Shown here in pieces: positions 50,842-61,120 of a stretch of 64,000 nt of DNA. The DNA lies in NCBI GenBank assembly GCA_963712115.1, contig CAVQGX010000019.1:1-64000 (forward strand), written 5' to 3'. Every line of letters begins with the position of its first letter. Position 1 is the first letter of the stretch. The position numbers and the translations under genes were made by a program. The notes beneath the pieces were generated by a model. That model was not told where the DNA came from, made no database searches, and saw only the letters and a list, made by a program, of their open reading frames with translations. Source of the DNA: an uncultured delta proteobacterium. Lineage in GTDB: Bacteria > Desulfobacterota > Syntrophobacteria > BM002.

Positions 50842-51744
50842 ATGACAGACAATGTCTACGATGTAATCATCTTGGGGAGCGGACCGGCAGGGCTACAGGC
50901 TGCTATTCATGCAGCTCGCGCCAAAGTTTCCGTATTAGTCATGGGCAAGCCATCCAAGAGCAGTCTCCACAAGGCCCACATCGAAAACTACTGCTGCATG
51001 GAGAGAACTGCCGGGGAGGATTTGCTCCAGCAGGGAATCATACAGGCGGAGACAGCCGGCACCAATTTTATGTATGAAGACGTGTTAAAAGTTTCCCAGG
51101 AGGATCAATGGTTTATTGTCCGAAACGAAAGTGGGGAAGACCTTAAGTGCAAAGCCCTTATCATGGCCATGGGTATTTCACGCAACAAACTCAGAGTGCC
51201 TGGAGAAAAAGAATTACTGGGGCGCGGAGTGAGCTATTGTGTGGACTGCGACGGTGGTTTTTTCCGCGGTGAGCCAGTGGCAGTGGTGGGTAATGAAAGT
51301 GCTGCAGCCAGCGGTGCTCTTACCATGACATTCTATGCGAGCTATGTCCATCTTGTCTCTGACCAACTGGAGATCTCGGAAGTACTGGCCCATCAACTTG
51401 GGGAAAGCAAGGTCACCATACATGAAGGTCGTAAAGTCGCAGAAATCATTGGGCAAGATCAGGTGGAAGGCCTACTACTAGACGATGGAACACGTCTTGA
51501 GGTGAAAGGGGTTTTCATTGAACTGGGGGCTAAGGGTGCCATCGAACTTGCCAGCACACTGGGTGTGGCCATGGATGCCGAGTCACCCCAATTTATCGCC
51601 GCCGATAAAAGACAAAGAACCAACATTGAAGGCTTGTTTGCCGCCGGTGACATTTGTGGTCTGCCCTGGCAGCTCGCTAAGGCGGTGGGAGAGGGCTGTG
51701 TGGCTGGCCTGGAGGCAGCAACTTACGCCAAGAAGTTAAGGTAG
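50842..51744 (+). CDS. Thioredoxin reductase-like flavoprotein (non-canonical NADPH site)
   Basis: GSGPAG, GVSYCVDCDG, FAAGD; RBS AAGGAG. Confidence 0.88.
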   Translation: MTDNVYDVIILGSGPAGLQAAIHAARAKVSVLVMGKPSKSSLHKAHIENYCCMERTAGEDLLQQGIIQAETAGTNFMYEDVLKVSQEDQWFIVRNESGEDLKCKALIMAMGISRNKLRVPGEKELLGRGVSYCVDCDGGFFRGEPVAVVGNESAAASGALTMTFYASYVHLVSDQLEISEVLAHQLGESKVTIHEGRKVAEIIGQDQVEGLLLDDGTRLEVKGVFIELGAKGAIELASTLGVAMDAESPQFIAADKRQRTNIEGLFAAGDICGLPWQLAKAVGEGCVAGLEAATYAKKLR

Positions 51745-51924
51745 TTAGTCCGTAGTCAAAGACACTTAGCGCATAGCGCAGAGCGGATGACTAGATGCGA
51801 CAACAACTATGCGCTCTGCGCTTGGCTCTATGCAGCGCACGAGAGAAAAACTTTTTGAGCCTCATCAAAGGTTTCCTCCCATCCCTCCCATCAGCCCTTT
51901 ACCAAGAGTGTGCCCAGAAATATT

Positions 51925-51953
51925 TTTGTGACATAGGCCACGGGAAAGCTACT
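51925..51953 (+). promoter_or_regulatory. CRP/FNR-like box, copy 1 of a 29-bp repeat
   Basis: TTTGTGACATAGGCCACGGGAAAGCTACT; 28/29 identical to 63770..63798. Confidence 0.55.
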
Positions 51954-52177
51954 CCACAACGATCATATTCGCGCCATTTATTGGCAGAGTTCCTGTTGAG
52001 AAAACACCACATCTTCATGCAGGCCCTCTCAAAGCTGAGATTCGTCAAGATAGGTTGCTCAGATGCTCGTTGTTTCGCAGCTTCCCCTTTTGGCCTTTGA
52101 CTTAGGAAATAGTTCGGGTAGAATGTACCACTTTGTAATGTCAATTTGAGTAGTTGTGCAGAAACTTCTGCCCATGG

Positions 52178-53251
52178 ATGAATTTAGTGGAAACTAAACG
52201 GTTTGTCACAGAACTCAAGGAGAACGAGAGTCTCTTTAGCAGCTTTCTGGTTAAGGCCAAGACCCTGGGAAATACTCGCAGTGGCAATCCCTTTCTTAGG
52301 ATTCGTCTGGCCGATCGTTCTGGTGAAACTGAGGGCCGTATTTGGGAACGGGCCCTGGAGTTGGATGGCGACTTCGAGGTCAACGATGTGGTGCGCGTTC
52401 GCGCCAAAGTCGAACGCTATCAAGGCGAACTCCAGCTGAACATAAGCGACCTCGAGCGGATAGATCCCAGTAAGGTTAACCCCACGCTCTACCTGCCCAC
52501 AGGTCCGAAGGATCCAGATGACCTATGGCGCCAACTCACGGATCTCGCAGCTCAGGTCAAGAATACTCATTTAAAACGTCTTTTGCAGAGCTTCCTCACT
52601 GACGCTGACTTTATCAAACGGATGAAACAGTCTCCAGCTGCCAAGGCCATGCATCATGCCTATTTGGGTGGTCTCCTCGAACATACTGTTTCGGTCACCA
52701 AACTCCTGGGTCGAATCTGTGACCACTACCCCCGGTTGGATCGAGACCTGCTTGTCACTGGGGCCATTCTCCACGACATAGGCAAAGTTGAAGAATTTTC
52801 CTACCAGCTGCAGCTCGATTATACCGACGCTGGAAGGCTTTTGGGGCACGTGGTTATCGGAGTTCAGCGGGTACAGGAAAAGATAAGTAAGATTAAGGGA
52901 TTTCCAGCAGATCTCTCGCTCGCTCTCCAGCATCTCATGGTAAGCCATCACGGTGAATACGAGTTTGGCTCACCTAAACGCCCAAAAATCTTGGAGGCCT
53001 TCGCTCTTCACTATGCAGACGACCTAGATGCCAAAATGAACCATGTCTCAGGGCTGCTGGATGCTGGAGACCAAAGTGCTTCCCGCTGGACACCATATCA
53101 GCGCGTCTATGGCCGCTATTTTTTCAAAGGAAGCACTGAGGAGAGAAAGGACGGGGAGATTCAAGCCGTCGGGGCAGAGGAAGAGGCTGAGCCACAAAAC
53201 TACAGTTTCTTGGATCTGCTAACCCCGGCAGGAAAACGGGAGGAGCGTTAG
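52178..53251 (+). CDS. yhaM: YhaM/Cbf-like 3'-5' exoribonuclease (OB + HD)
   Basis: OB fold, PAAKAMHHAYLGGLLEH, LHDIGK, SHHGEYEFGSP, ADDLDA. Confidence 0.9.
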   Translation: MNLVETKRFVTELKENESLFSSFLVKAKTLGNTRSGNPFLRIRLADRSGETEGRIWERALELDGDFEVNDVVRVRAKVERYQGELQLNISDLERIDPSKVNPTLYLPTGPKDPDDLWRQLTDLAAQVKNTHLKRLLQSFLTDADFIKRMKQSPAAKAMHHAYLGGLLEHTVSVTKLLGRICDHYPRLDRDLLVTGAILHDIGKVEEFSYQLQLDYTDAGRLLGHVVIGVQRVQEKISKIKGFPADLSLALQHLMVSHHGEYEFGSPKRPKILEAFALHYADDLDAKMNHVSGLLDAGDQSASRWTPYQRVYGRYFFKGSTEERKDGEIQAVGAEEEAEPQNYSFLDLLTPAGKREER

Positions 53252-53256
53252 TAACC

Positions 53257-53898
53257 GTGTTCATCAGTTTCGAAGGTATCGAAGGATGTGGTAAAACGAC
53301 CCAAGTAGAGCTGCTGGCGAAATTCTTGTCGCACCGTAGCATTCACTACGTGGTAACCCGTGAGCCTGGTGGCACCCACTTGGGCAAACTTATACGGCAA
53401 ATGTTGCTCGATCCGGCCCATACCGAGATGGAACCTCTTACCGAACTGTTTCTTTATGCAGCCGACCGGGCCCAACATATTGCTCAGGTAATCCGCCCAG
53501 CATTGGAATCCCACCAGTGGCTCATTTGTGATCGGTTCGCCGATGCCACCACCGTGTACCAGGGTTACGGCCGAGATCAGGATCTCTCTTTTATCCAGCA
53601 GCTAAATGAGATGGCCACCCAGGGGATTTGGCCGCGCTTGTCTATACTACTTGATTGTCCGGTGGAAATCGGATTGGATCGAGCTCGACAGAGAATTATG
53701 CAAACATCTCTTGAAGGGCTGGAAGATCGCTTTGAGCAGCAAGACTTGGGCTTCCATCAAAAGGTGAGAGAAGGTTACCTGAAGATTGCCGCCCAAAATC
53801 CCTATCGTTTCAGAGTACTTGATGCCACCCTGGAACAGGAGAAGTTACACCAAGAGATCGTAGCCTTACTGGAGCCCTATTTATACGATACGGACTAA
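53257..53898 (+). CDS. tmk: Thymidylate kinase
   Basis: FEGIEGCGKTTQ, REPGG, DRF..T..YQG. Confidence 0.97.
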   Translation: MFISFEGIEGCGKTTQVELLAKFLSHRSIHYVVTREPGGTHLGKLIRQMLLDPAHTEMEPLTELFLYAADRAQHIAQVIRPALESHQWLICDRFADATTVYQGYGRDQDLSFIQQLNEMATQGIWPRLSILLDCPVEIGLDRARQRIMQTSLEGLEDRFEQQDLGFHQKVREGYLKIAAQNPYRFRVLDATLEQEKLHQEIVALLEPYLYDTD

Positions 53899-53906
53899 AC
53901 CTGTAA

Positions 53907-54995
53907 ATGAGTTTTTCTGAGATCATAGGCCAAACCAGGATAATTCGCCTGTTGCGGCGAGCCCTGGCCCAGGACCTCTTGCCTCACGCCTTTCTCTTCA
54001 CCGGCGTAGAGGGGGTTGGCAAAAAGTCTACAGCTCTCACTCTAGCCAAAGTGGTGAACTGTCAAGACGGTGCCAGCGGAGATTGTTGCGACCAATGCAT
54101 TTCCTGCCGAAAAGCAGCCAGTGGGAACCATCCCGATATCAACCTCATAGAAAGAGAGGGCCCTTTTATCAAGATAGAACAGATACGTGCTCTTAAGCAC
54201 CGTTTGCGTTTTAAACCCTTAGAGGGCCGCTACCGGGTAACTGTGATAAGCAACAGTCAACACCTAAAAGTAGAAGCGGCAAATGCTCTTCTCAAGGTCC
54301 TTGAGGAACCACCTGCGCATAATTTAATCATTTTAACCGCCATAGAAACCACAGCCCTTCTGCCCACCATTGTCTCTCGCTGTCTCCATCTACCTTTTCA
54401 ACCTTTGGCAACGGTGGAAATATCGGCCCATCTGTGTAAGACTCACTCCATATCGCCAGAGAACGCTTCTGTGATAGCCAGATTGGCAGGTGGTAGTCTA
54501 TCTCGAGCAATGGCCTTGCTGGACGAAAAAAAGCTTGACCGCCGGAATTGGATTCTCGAGACAGTGGCCGAAATCCACAAATCTCGAATTTCTGACCTCT
54601 TGGCTGCAATCAACAGGTGGAAAGGCGACAACTTAGATCTGCAGCAAGATTTAGACTGGTTAAAAACATGGATTCGGGATCTCCTGGTGCAAAAGTTCGA
54701 GGCGTCCGATAGTGTCGGCCTGCTGAATTCAGATCTTGCCGATAAGATAAAGACCATGGCGTCGCAAATGAGTTCCGACAACCTATTGCAGTTCTTTGAC
54801 CTTGTCTGCACAATACAGGGAGCTATCGGTTATAATGTCAACAGAAGATTGAGCCTCGAAACGCTCCTGCTTTTATTTTACGCACGAGCAACGGGCCAGA
54901 CCACAGAGACAGGAGCAGATCTTTCAGTTGTGGCCAGGGAACGATTTGCTTGGCCAGTTAGGCTTGGTGTTGACCACAAAAACTGGAACAATTAA
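53907..54995 (+). CDS. holB: DNA polymerase III delta-prime
   Basis: HAFLF.G..GVGK, Zn Cys cluster, NHPD, ANALLKVLEEP, TIVSRC. Confidence 0.95.
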   Translation: MSFSEIIGQTRIIRLLRRALAQDLLPHAFLFTGVEGVGKKSTALTLAKVVNCQDGASGDCCDQCISCRKAASGNHPDINLIEREGPFIKIEQIRALKHRLRFKPLEGRYRVTVISNSQHLKVEAANALLKVLEEPPAHNLIILTAIETTALLPTIVSRCLHLPFQPLATVEISAHLCKTHSISPENASVIARLAGGSLSRAMALLDEKKLDRRNWILETVAEIHKSRISDLLAAINRWKGDNLDLQQDLDWLKTWIRDLLVQKFEASDSVGLLNSDLADKIKTMASQMSSDNLLQFFDLVCTIQGAIGYNVNRRLSLETLLLLFYARATGQTTETGADLSVVARERFAWPVRLGVDHKNWNN

Positions 54996-55022
54996 GGACA
55001 CAGGTTTGGATTAGGAAGTTTT

Positions 55023-55883
55023 ATGGATAATATCGTTGGCATCCGCTTCCGAGAAGGCGGCAAAATATACAACTTTGCTCCAGGTCATTTTGTTCTCAAG
55101 GAGGGAGACGAGGTAATCGTCAAGACCGAGAAAGGCTTAAGTTTTGGTATAGTGGCAACTCCGGTGAGAAAGCGAGACCCTAACTTCCCCAAGGACCAAT
55201 TGAAAGAGGTATTCAGGCTGGCAAACGATAACGATCGCCAGCAATACCAGGACTGCCTCACCCGAGAGAAAGAAGCTCACGGGTTCTGCCAGGAACGCAT
55301 AGAAGAGCGCACTTTACCCATGACCTTAGTAGACGTGGAGAGTTTCTTTGACGGGTCTAAAATCATCTTTTACTTTTTTGCCGACGGCCGAGTGGATTTC
55401 CGCGAGCTGGTCAAAGATCTGGTGAAAGAACTGCACACCCGAGTCGAACTTCGACAAATCGGCGTGCGAAACAAGGCCAAAATGATTGGGGGTGTTGGTC
55501 CTTGCGGACGGGAACTCTGCTGTGCCACATTCCTTAAAGAATTCCATTCCGTCTCGGTAAAGATGGCTAAAGAGCAGAACCTCTCCCTCAACCCAACAAA
55601 GATATCTGGGGTTTGCGGTCGACTCATGTGTTGCCTTAAATATGAATATGCCGATTATATTGAGATGAAAAAGGGTATGCCCAAAGTGGGTAAACGGATC
55701 ATAACACCTGAAGGGGAAGGGAAGGTGGTCCGCCAGAACGTTATGGAAAAAAAGGTGGTGGTCGCCTTAAGCGATGGCAGAGAGGTTGAATTTGGGCTTT
55801 TCGACCTCGAAGCGAACGCGGCAGCGTGCCATCAGTGTGGTGATAAAGAGGCTAAAGCGGAACAGGATTTGGACGGAGGCTAA
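55023..55883 (+). CDS. ricT: PSP1-domain protein (RicT/YaaT)
   Basis: RVDFRELVKDL, GPCGRELCC, SGVCGRLMCCL. Confidence 0.92.
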   Translation: MDNIVGIRFREGGKIYNFAPGHFVLKEGDEVIVKTEKGLSFGIVATPVRKRDPNFPKDQLKEVFRLANDNDRQQYQDCLTREKEAHGFCQERIEERTLPMTLVDVESFFDGSKIIFYFFADGRVDFRELVKDLVKELHTRVELRQIGVRNKAKMIGGVGPCGRELCCATFLKEFHSVSVKMAKEQNLSLNPTKISGVCGRLMCCLKYEYADYIEMKKGMPKVGKRIITPEGEGKVVRQNVMEKKVVVALSDGREVEFGLFDLEANAAACHQCGDKEAKAEQDLDGG

Positions 55884-55897
55884 TTCAGGGAGGATCT

Positions 55898-57793
55898 ATG
55901 GCAGCTAGGTATTACATCACCACACCCATATACTACGTGAATGCTCCACCCCATCTCGGCCATGCCTACACGACCATTGTCGCTGATGTTCTGAACCGTT
56001 TTCATATGCTCACAGGGAAAGAAACCTATTTTCTCACCGGCACAGATGAGCATGGGGACAAAGTCGTAGAAGCCGCCGCTGCCGCAGGTAAAGATCCTCA
56101 AGCTTACGCTGACCAGATCAGCGAGTTGTTTCGCAAAACCTGGCCAAGTCTTAATATTACCAACAACTACTTTATCCGCACCACTGATGAGCTTCACAAA
56201 CGAGCAGTGCGCTATATCCTCCAGAAGGTTTACGACGAGGGAGATATCTACTTTAGCTCCTACAGCGGCCAATATTGTGTTGGTTGTGAACGGTTCTATA
56301 CCGCAAAGGAACTGATTGACGGTAAGTGCCCTCAGCATGATCGCCCCCCCGTAGACCGTGAGGAAGAAAACTATTTTTTCAGGATGAGCAAATACCAGGA
56401 CTGGCTCATCGACCACATCCAGAAGAATCCCAGTTTCATTAGGCCTGAACGATATCGCAATGAGGTACTCAGTTTTCTCAGCGAACCCTTAGAGGATCTT
56501 TGTATATCGAGGCCAAAATCAAGATTGAACTGGGGAATCACCTTACCATTTGATGACCGTTATGTGACCTATGTCTGGTTTGACGCTCTGATCAACTACG
56601 TCTCCGCCCTATCCTATCCCGACGGCCCCCTCTTTTCTAGCTATTGGCCTGTGGCTCAGCATCTCATCGCCAAAGACATTCTCAAGCCCCACGGTATCTA
56701 TTGGCCAACCATGCTGAAGGCTGCTGGCATTCCCCTATACCTCCATCTCAATGTCCACGGCTACTGGAATGTTGAAGAGAAAAAGATGTCCAAGAGTAGA
56801 GGCACGGTAGTCAAACCCTTGGATCTCCGCAAAGTTTACGGCCTTGATGGTTTTCGCTATTTCCTCATGAGGGAAATGGTCTTCGGCCTCGACGCCAGCT
56901 TCAGTGAAGAGGCCCTTATCTCCAGAATCAATGCTGATTTGGCCAATGACCTCGGCAATCTCACCAGTCGCCTTTTGACCATGATTAACAAATACTGCCA
57001 AGGTCAGATTCCCCAGTCGGAGGCTGAGGAAAAAGAGGATAGTGAGTTGAAAGAGGCGGTAGAAAAGCTACCCACTACCTACTCTCACCATATGGAACAT
57101 TTGCAGTTCCACAAAGCGCTCATGGCGATCTGGGAAGTCATCAACCACGTGAACCGCTACGTTGACCAAAGTGCCCCCTGGGTTTTGGCTCGCGATCCTC
57201 AGAAACAGAACCGTTTACGGACTGTCCTTTACTATTCGCTGGAGAGTTTGAAAGTGATAGGGGTACTTCTAGCCCCAATCATGCCTGATACCAGTGAGGA
57301 ATTGCTTGATAGACTGGGAGTTAAAATTGATCCGTTGAAGTTGAGACTGGACCAAGACGCAGCCTGGGGAACCTTGCCGCCGGAGGCAACAACCCGTCGC
57401 GGCAAACCCTTGTTCCCCAGAATCGAGAAAGCGGCCAAAGATGAAACAGCCGCGGCTGCGGCCACAGGTAAACCATTGGTTAGGCTGGATGAGTTTACTC
57501 GATTGGATTTGCGGGTGGCAGAGATCGTTCGAGCGGAGGCGATCCCCGGCTCAGAGAACCTCCTTAAACTGGAAATGGATTCAGGGGAGAAACGGATTGT
57601 TGTGGCCGGTATTGCTCGGCGCTACCGCCCGGAGGATTTGCTTGGCAAACAGGTGGTGATAGTGGCAAATCTGAAGCCGGCCAAGCTGATGGGGATCACT
57701 TCCGAGGGCATGGTTCTGGTTGCAGGTGATGATGAGGAGATGACCCTTATTGCCCCGGAGAAAAAGGTGAAACCCGGAAGTCCGATCCACTGA
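55898..57793 (+). CDS. metG: Methionyl-tRNA synthetase
   Basis: YYVNAPPHLGH, GTDEHG, KMSKS, C-terminal tRNA-binding domain. Confidence 0.98.
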   Translation: MAARYYITTPIYYVNAPPHLGHAYTTIVADVLNRFHMLTGKETYFLTGTDEHGDKVVEAAAAAGKDPQAYADQISELFRKTWPSLNITNNYFIRTTDELHKRAVRYILQKVYDEGDIYFSSYSGQYCVGCERFYTAKELIDGKCPQHDRPPVDREEENYFFRMSKYQDWLIDHIQKNPSFIRPERYRNEVLSFLSEPLEDLCISRPKSRLNWGITLPFDDRYVTYVWFDALINYVSALSYPDGPLFSSYWPVAQHLIAKDILKPHGIYWPTMLKAAGIPLYLHLNVHGYWNVEEKKMSKSRGTVVKPLDLRKVYGLDGFRYFLMREMVFGLDASFSEEALISRINADLANDLGNLTSRLLTMINKYCQGQIPQSEAEEKEDSELKEAVEKLPTTYSHHMEHLQFHKALMAIWEVINHVNRYVDQSAPWVLARDPQKQNRLRTVLYYSLESLKVIGVLLAPIMPDTSEELLDRLGVKIDPLKLRLDQDAAWGTLPPEATTRRGKPLFPRIEKAAKDETAAAAATGKPLVRLDEFTRLDLRVAEIVRAEAIPGSENLLKLEMDSGEKRIVVAGIARRYRPEDLLGKQVVIVANLKPAKLMGITSEGMVLVAGDDEEMTLIAPEKKVKPGSPIH

Positions 57794-57899
57794 AAAAATT
57801 TGGCTTAAGGTAAACGGTGAGCAGTAAGCGGTAAGCGGTAAGCGGTCATTCAATAATCTTTATCCCACACTGCTAACTGTTTACTGCTCACTGCTCACT

Positions 57900-58565
57900 C
57901 TATGAAAGTGCCTCTCTAATCTTCTCCCGGAACAACCTCAGGGTCTCGCCATAGTCGGAAGTGGAAAAAACTGCCGAGCCGGCAACAAAAACATCAGCCC
58001 CGGCTCGAGCCACTTCACCTATGGTCTCCCCATTGATGCCTCCATCCACTTCCAGTTCTACCAGCAGCTTGCGCTCATCAATAATCTTCCGGAGAGCTCG
58101 GATTTTAGGGATAACTGCCTCAATGAATGACTGTCCACCAAAGCCAGGATTAACAGTCATTAGAAGCACTTGATCCACCAGGCCCAAGACATGTTCCACC
58201 ATCACCAAAGGTGTGGAAGGATTGAGGGTTACTGAAGCCTTTGCACCCAATTCCTTGATACGCTCTAGTGTGCGGTGTAGATGAGGCAGAATTTCCACGT
58301 GTACTCCAACAATATCCGCTCCAGCCTTAATGAAATCCTCCAGGTACAGATCTGGCTCGTTGATCATCAGATGTACGTCCAATGGCAGGTGGGTGCTCCG
58401 ACGTACAGCCTCCACCACCAGCGGCCCTATGGTTATATTGGGAACAAAATGGCCATCCATCACATCCACATGGATGTAGTCAGCACCGGCAGCAGTCACT
58501 GCGACAACTTCTTCTCCCAGTCTACTAAAATCGGCAGACAGAATTGAGGGCGCCAGTTTCTTCAT
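57900..58565 (-). CDS. rpe: Ribulose-phosphate 3-epimerase
   Basis: [35 protein letters not shown]. Confidence 0.98.
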   Translation of the reverse strand: MKKLAPSILSADFSRLGEEVVAVTAAGADYIHVDVMDGHFVPNITIGPLVVEAVRRSTHLPLDVHLMINEPDLYLEDFIKAGADIVGVHVEILPHLHRTLERIKELGAKASVTLNPSTPLVMVEHVLGLVDQVLLMTVNPGFGGQSFIEAVIPKIRALRKIIDERKLLVELEVDGGINGETIGEVARAGADVFVAGSAVFSTSDYGETLRLFREKIREALS

Positions 58566-59608
58566 ATTGCTCTCCGTAACTTGTCAAATGCAACAGGGAC
58601 AAGCTCTTCGCCAATTGAAAGGTAACTTAGCCTAGCCAAATCCTCCCAGTTAAAACCAATTGTTTCTTGCCTTTGGAGCAAACCGTCGACTAAAACACTT
58701 ACCTCGTCTGGAGAACGAACCCATATGAGCCAATCCAGCTGGTCACCAGGACGGTGAATCCTGCGGTATAGGTCCATATCCTCGCCGTCTTGATTTTGGC
58801 TTAGAGTAATCTCTTTTTTGAAATAGCCAGGCGCCAACTGATATGTGATCCACCATAGCTTGGCCTCCTGCCCTTTGGGCTGTGGAAGCCTATTAATGGT
58901 CAAGACAATGGAACTATCGCCATCTACACGATACCCTGCCAAAGGTCGCTGACCAACAACAGTATTTAAAGGTTGTTCAGACTGGTGAACTTCCTTGACT
59001 TCAGAGGGTAGCAAACCCAGTCCGTCGAGTATTTTCAAGGCCTGTCCCACTGATCGCTGTCGCAGTTCAGGCATAGCCACTGCATCAGATTTGCTGCCGT
59101 TGCTAATTAAAAAATCAACTGACTGCCCCCGCTCTATCTCCTGCAAAAACTCTGGTTTTTGAGCAATTATGGTACCCCGCGGATATTGTGATGCCGGGAT
59201 CCTACATATGCCACCGAGTTGCAGGCCATTTTGGGCAAGAATCAGCTTTGCCTCTCGCAGTTTCGTTCCCACCAGCTTCGGAACACGTACCCTTTTTGAG
59301 CCCCGAGAAATAATTACTTTCACATCTCGATCCTGCTTTAGCCAGGTTCCGGAATCAGGTTTTTGAGAGGCAATGAAATTTTTGGGCACGCTTTCACTCC
59401 ACATGAATCCCCCTACCTTGATATTCAATCCTAGAGAGGTGAGGAGATCTAAAGCATAAACCGTATCGTGCCCAACCAAGTCGGGGACAAGAACTTCTTC
59501 CTCACTTTGAACGATCCACTTGCTAGTGAGGTAGAGACTACATACTAGTGCCACCAAAAATATAACAGCGTAGATCCCATATCTAAGCAATTTATTTAAG
59601 ATGGCCAT
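58562..59608 (-). CDS. Membrane-anchored PASTA-repeat protein without kinase domain
   Basis: TM helix then three units (VPDLVG, VPKLVG, MPELRQ), each with a Q.P motif. Confidence 0.85.
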   Translation of the reverse strand: MAILNKLLRYGIYAVIFLVALVCSLYLTSKWIVQSEEEVLVPDLVGHDTVYALDLLTSLGLNIKVGGFMWSESVPKNFIASQKPDSGTWLKQDRDVKVIISRGSKRVRVPKLVGTKLREAKLILAQNGLQLGGICRIPASQYPRGTIIAQKPEFLQEIERGQSVDFLISNGSKSDAVAMPELRQRSVGQALKILDGLGLLPSEVKEVHQSEQPLNTVVGQRPLAGYRVDGDSSIVLTINRLPQPKGQEAKLWWITYQLAPGYFKKEITLSQNQDGEDMDLYRRIHRPGDQLDWLIWVRSPDEVSVLVDGLLQRQETIGFNWEDLARLSYLSIGEELVPVAFDKLRRAI

Positions 59609-59767
59609 CGGTCATGCACCATACCGAAATCTGGACAATAAAGCAACGCCGTGGTTCTTTTTCAGCGAGCAGCATGCAGCCCGCAGCGGGCAGTTTTTTC
59701 TATGAATTCCTTTTTAGCTGCAAGCTGTCTGCTGCCTGCTGAAAGCCCTGAGCCTGTCGAGGGGCTG

Positions 59768-61120
59768 TCAGCTGATGTGCCGGAGTCGCGCAGCAAAAAA
59801 ACCGTCCACTCCATGCTTGTGGGGCCAAGTCTGCACAGCACCAGTTCGGTTCACCAAGCCAGCACCTCCTGGTGGAAGATAGGAACGAGCCGACTCTAGC
59901 TGATAGTCTGGGTGTTCAGCCAGAAAACCTTGCACCGTCTCCTCATTCTCCTCGTTACTCACGGTGCAGGTAGCATATAATAGAACACCACCAGGCTTGA
60001 GCAAAGGAGCCAATCTTTCTAACATTTGTTGCTGCACCAGGTGTAATCTACGAAAATCCTTTGGCTTTACCTTCCATTTTATGTCGGGGTTTCGTCTTAA
60101 CACTCCCAAACCAGTGCAGGGTGCGTCCAAGAGAATCCGATCAAAGGAAAACTCCTCTCCAGAGGGAACAATTTCAAGTACATCCATTTCCACCGGCTCA
60201 ATACATGAGACTCCAAGTCGTTGAGCATTCTCCATAAGACGAGTCAACTTCCAGCCTTGATTGTCCAAGGCAATTATTTCTCCTTGGTTTTCAATGAGTT
60301 GGGCGAGATGGGTACTTTTTGCCCCCAAACCTGCACAAGCATCCAGTATTCGCTCTCCTGGCTGCGGTTGAAGCAAGTGAGCAATCAACTGGGATGCCTC
60401 ATCCTGTACCTGAAACTCTCCCCGCTCATACTGGTCAAGAGACGAAAGATCAGTCCGAATAGATCTCAGGTGGAGTGCTTCAGGGACAAATTTTCCAGGT
60501 TCTACAAAAAAGCCGAGATCTTTGAAAGAGGCGGCCATACCTGCCACCGTTGTCTTGAGCGTATTAACCCTGACTGTGGTTGGAGGAATCTGGTTCCCAG
60601 CCTGGCAAAAGGACTCGGTTTCCTCATTTCCCAACTGTGTTAGCCAACGTTGAATCAGCCAGACTGGATATGAATAGAGCATTGCCAGGCGATGCTCAGC
60701 ACTTCCCTCCGGTTCGGCTTCTTTTAGAGCTCTGCTCTTGCGGGAAATTGTCCGCAGGACCCCATTTACAAAACGGACAACATGTTTCGGCTGGCTCGCT
60801 TTTGCAAGCTCCACCGCTTCGTGCACCGCAGCTGCTGCAGGAACCCGATCTAGAAAGAGAAGCTGATACACGGCTAAGCGGAGGATCAAGCGGACAGTAA
60901 GCTCTACTTTGTCTGGCTTTATCTTGATCTGCTGGTCAATTATCCAATCCAACCGTCCTTGCCACCGCAGCACTCCGTAGACCAATTCAGTGACAAGTGC
61001 ACGGTCCCGAGGGTCCAGTTTAGGATGTTCTTTAAAGTAAATGTCTAGCAGGACGTCTGGAAAGGAGCCGCGTCGGGCCACCTGCATCAGCGTGTGCATG
61101 GCAATGGCCCTGGCATTCAT
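59768..61120 (-). CDS. rsmB: 16S rRNA m5C967 methyltransferase
   Basis: NusB-like N-terminus, QDEASQ, DAPCTG.G..RRNPD, YATCT, DGFF. Confidence 0.96.
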   Translation of the reverse strand: MNARAIAMHTLMQVARRGSFPDVLLDIYFKEHPKLDPRDRALVTELVYGVLRWQGRLDWIIDQQIKIKPDKVELTVRLILRLAVYQLLFLDRVPAAAAVHEAVELAKASQPKHVVRFVNGVLRTISRKSRALKEAEPEGSAEHRLAMLYSYPVWLIQRWLTQLGNEETESFCQAGNQIPPTTVRVNTLKTTVAGMAASFKDLGFFVEPGKFVPEALHLRSIRTDLSSLDQYERGEFQVQDEASQLIAHLLQPQPGERILDACAGLGAKSTHLAQLIENQGEIIALDNQGWKLTRLMENAQRLGVSCIEPVEMDVLEIVPSGEEFSFDRILLDAPCTGLGVLRRNPDIKWKVKPKDFRRLHLVQQQMLERLAPLLKPGGVLLYATCTVSNEENEETVQGFLAEHPDYQLESARSYLPPGGAGLVNRTGAVQTWPHKHGVDGFFAARLRHIS

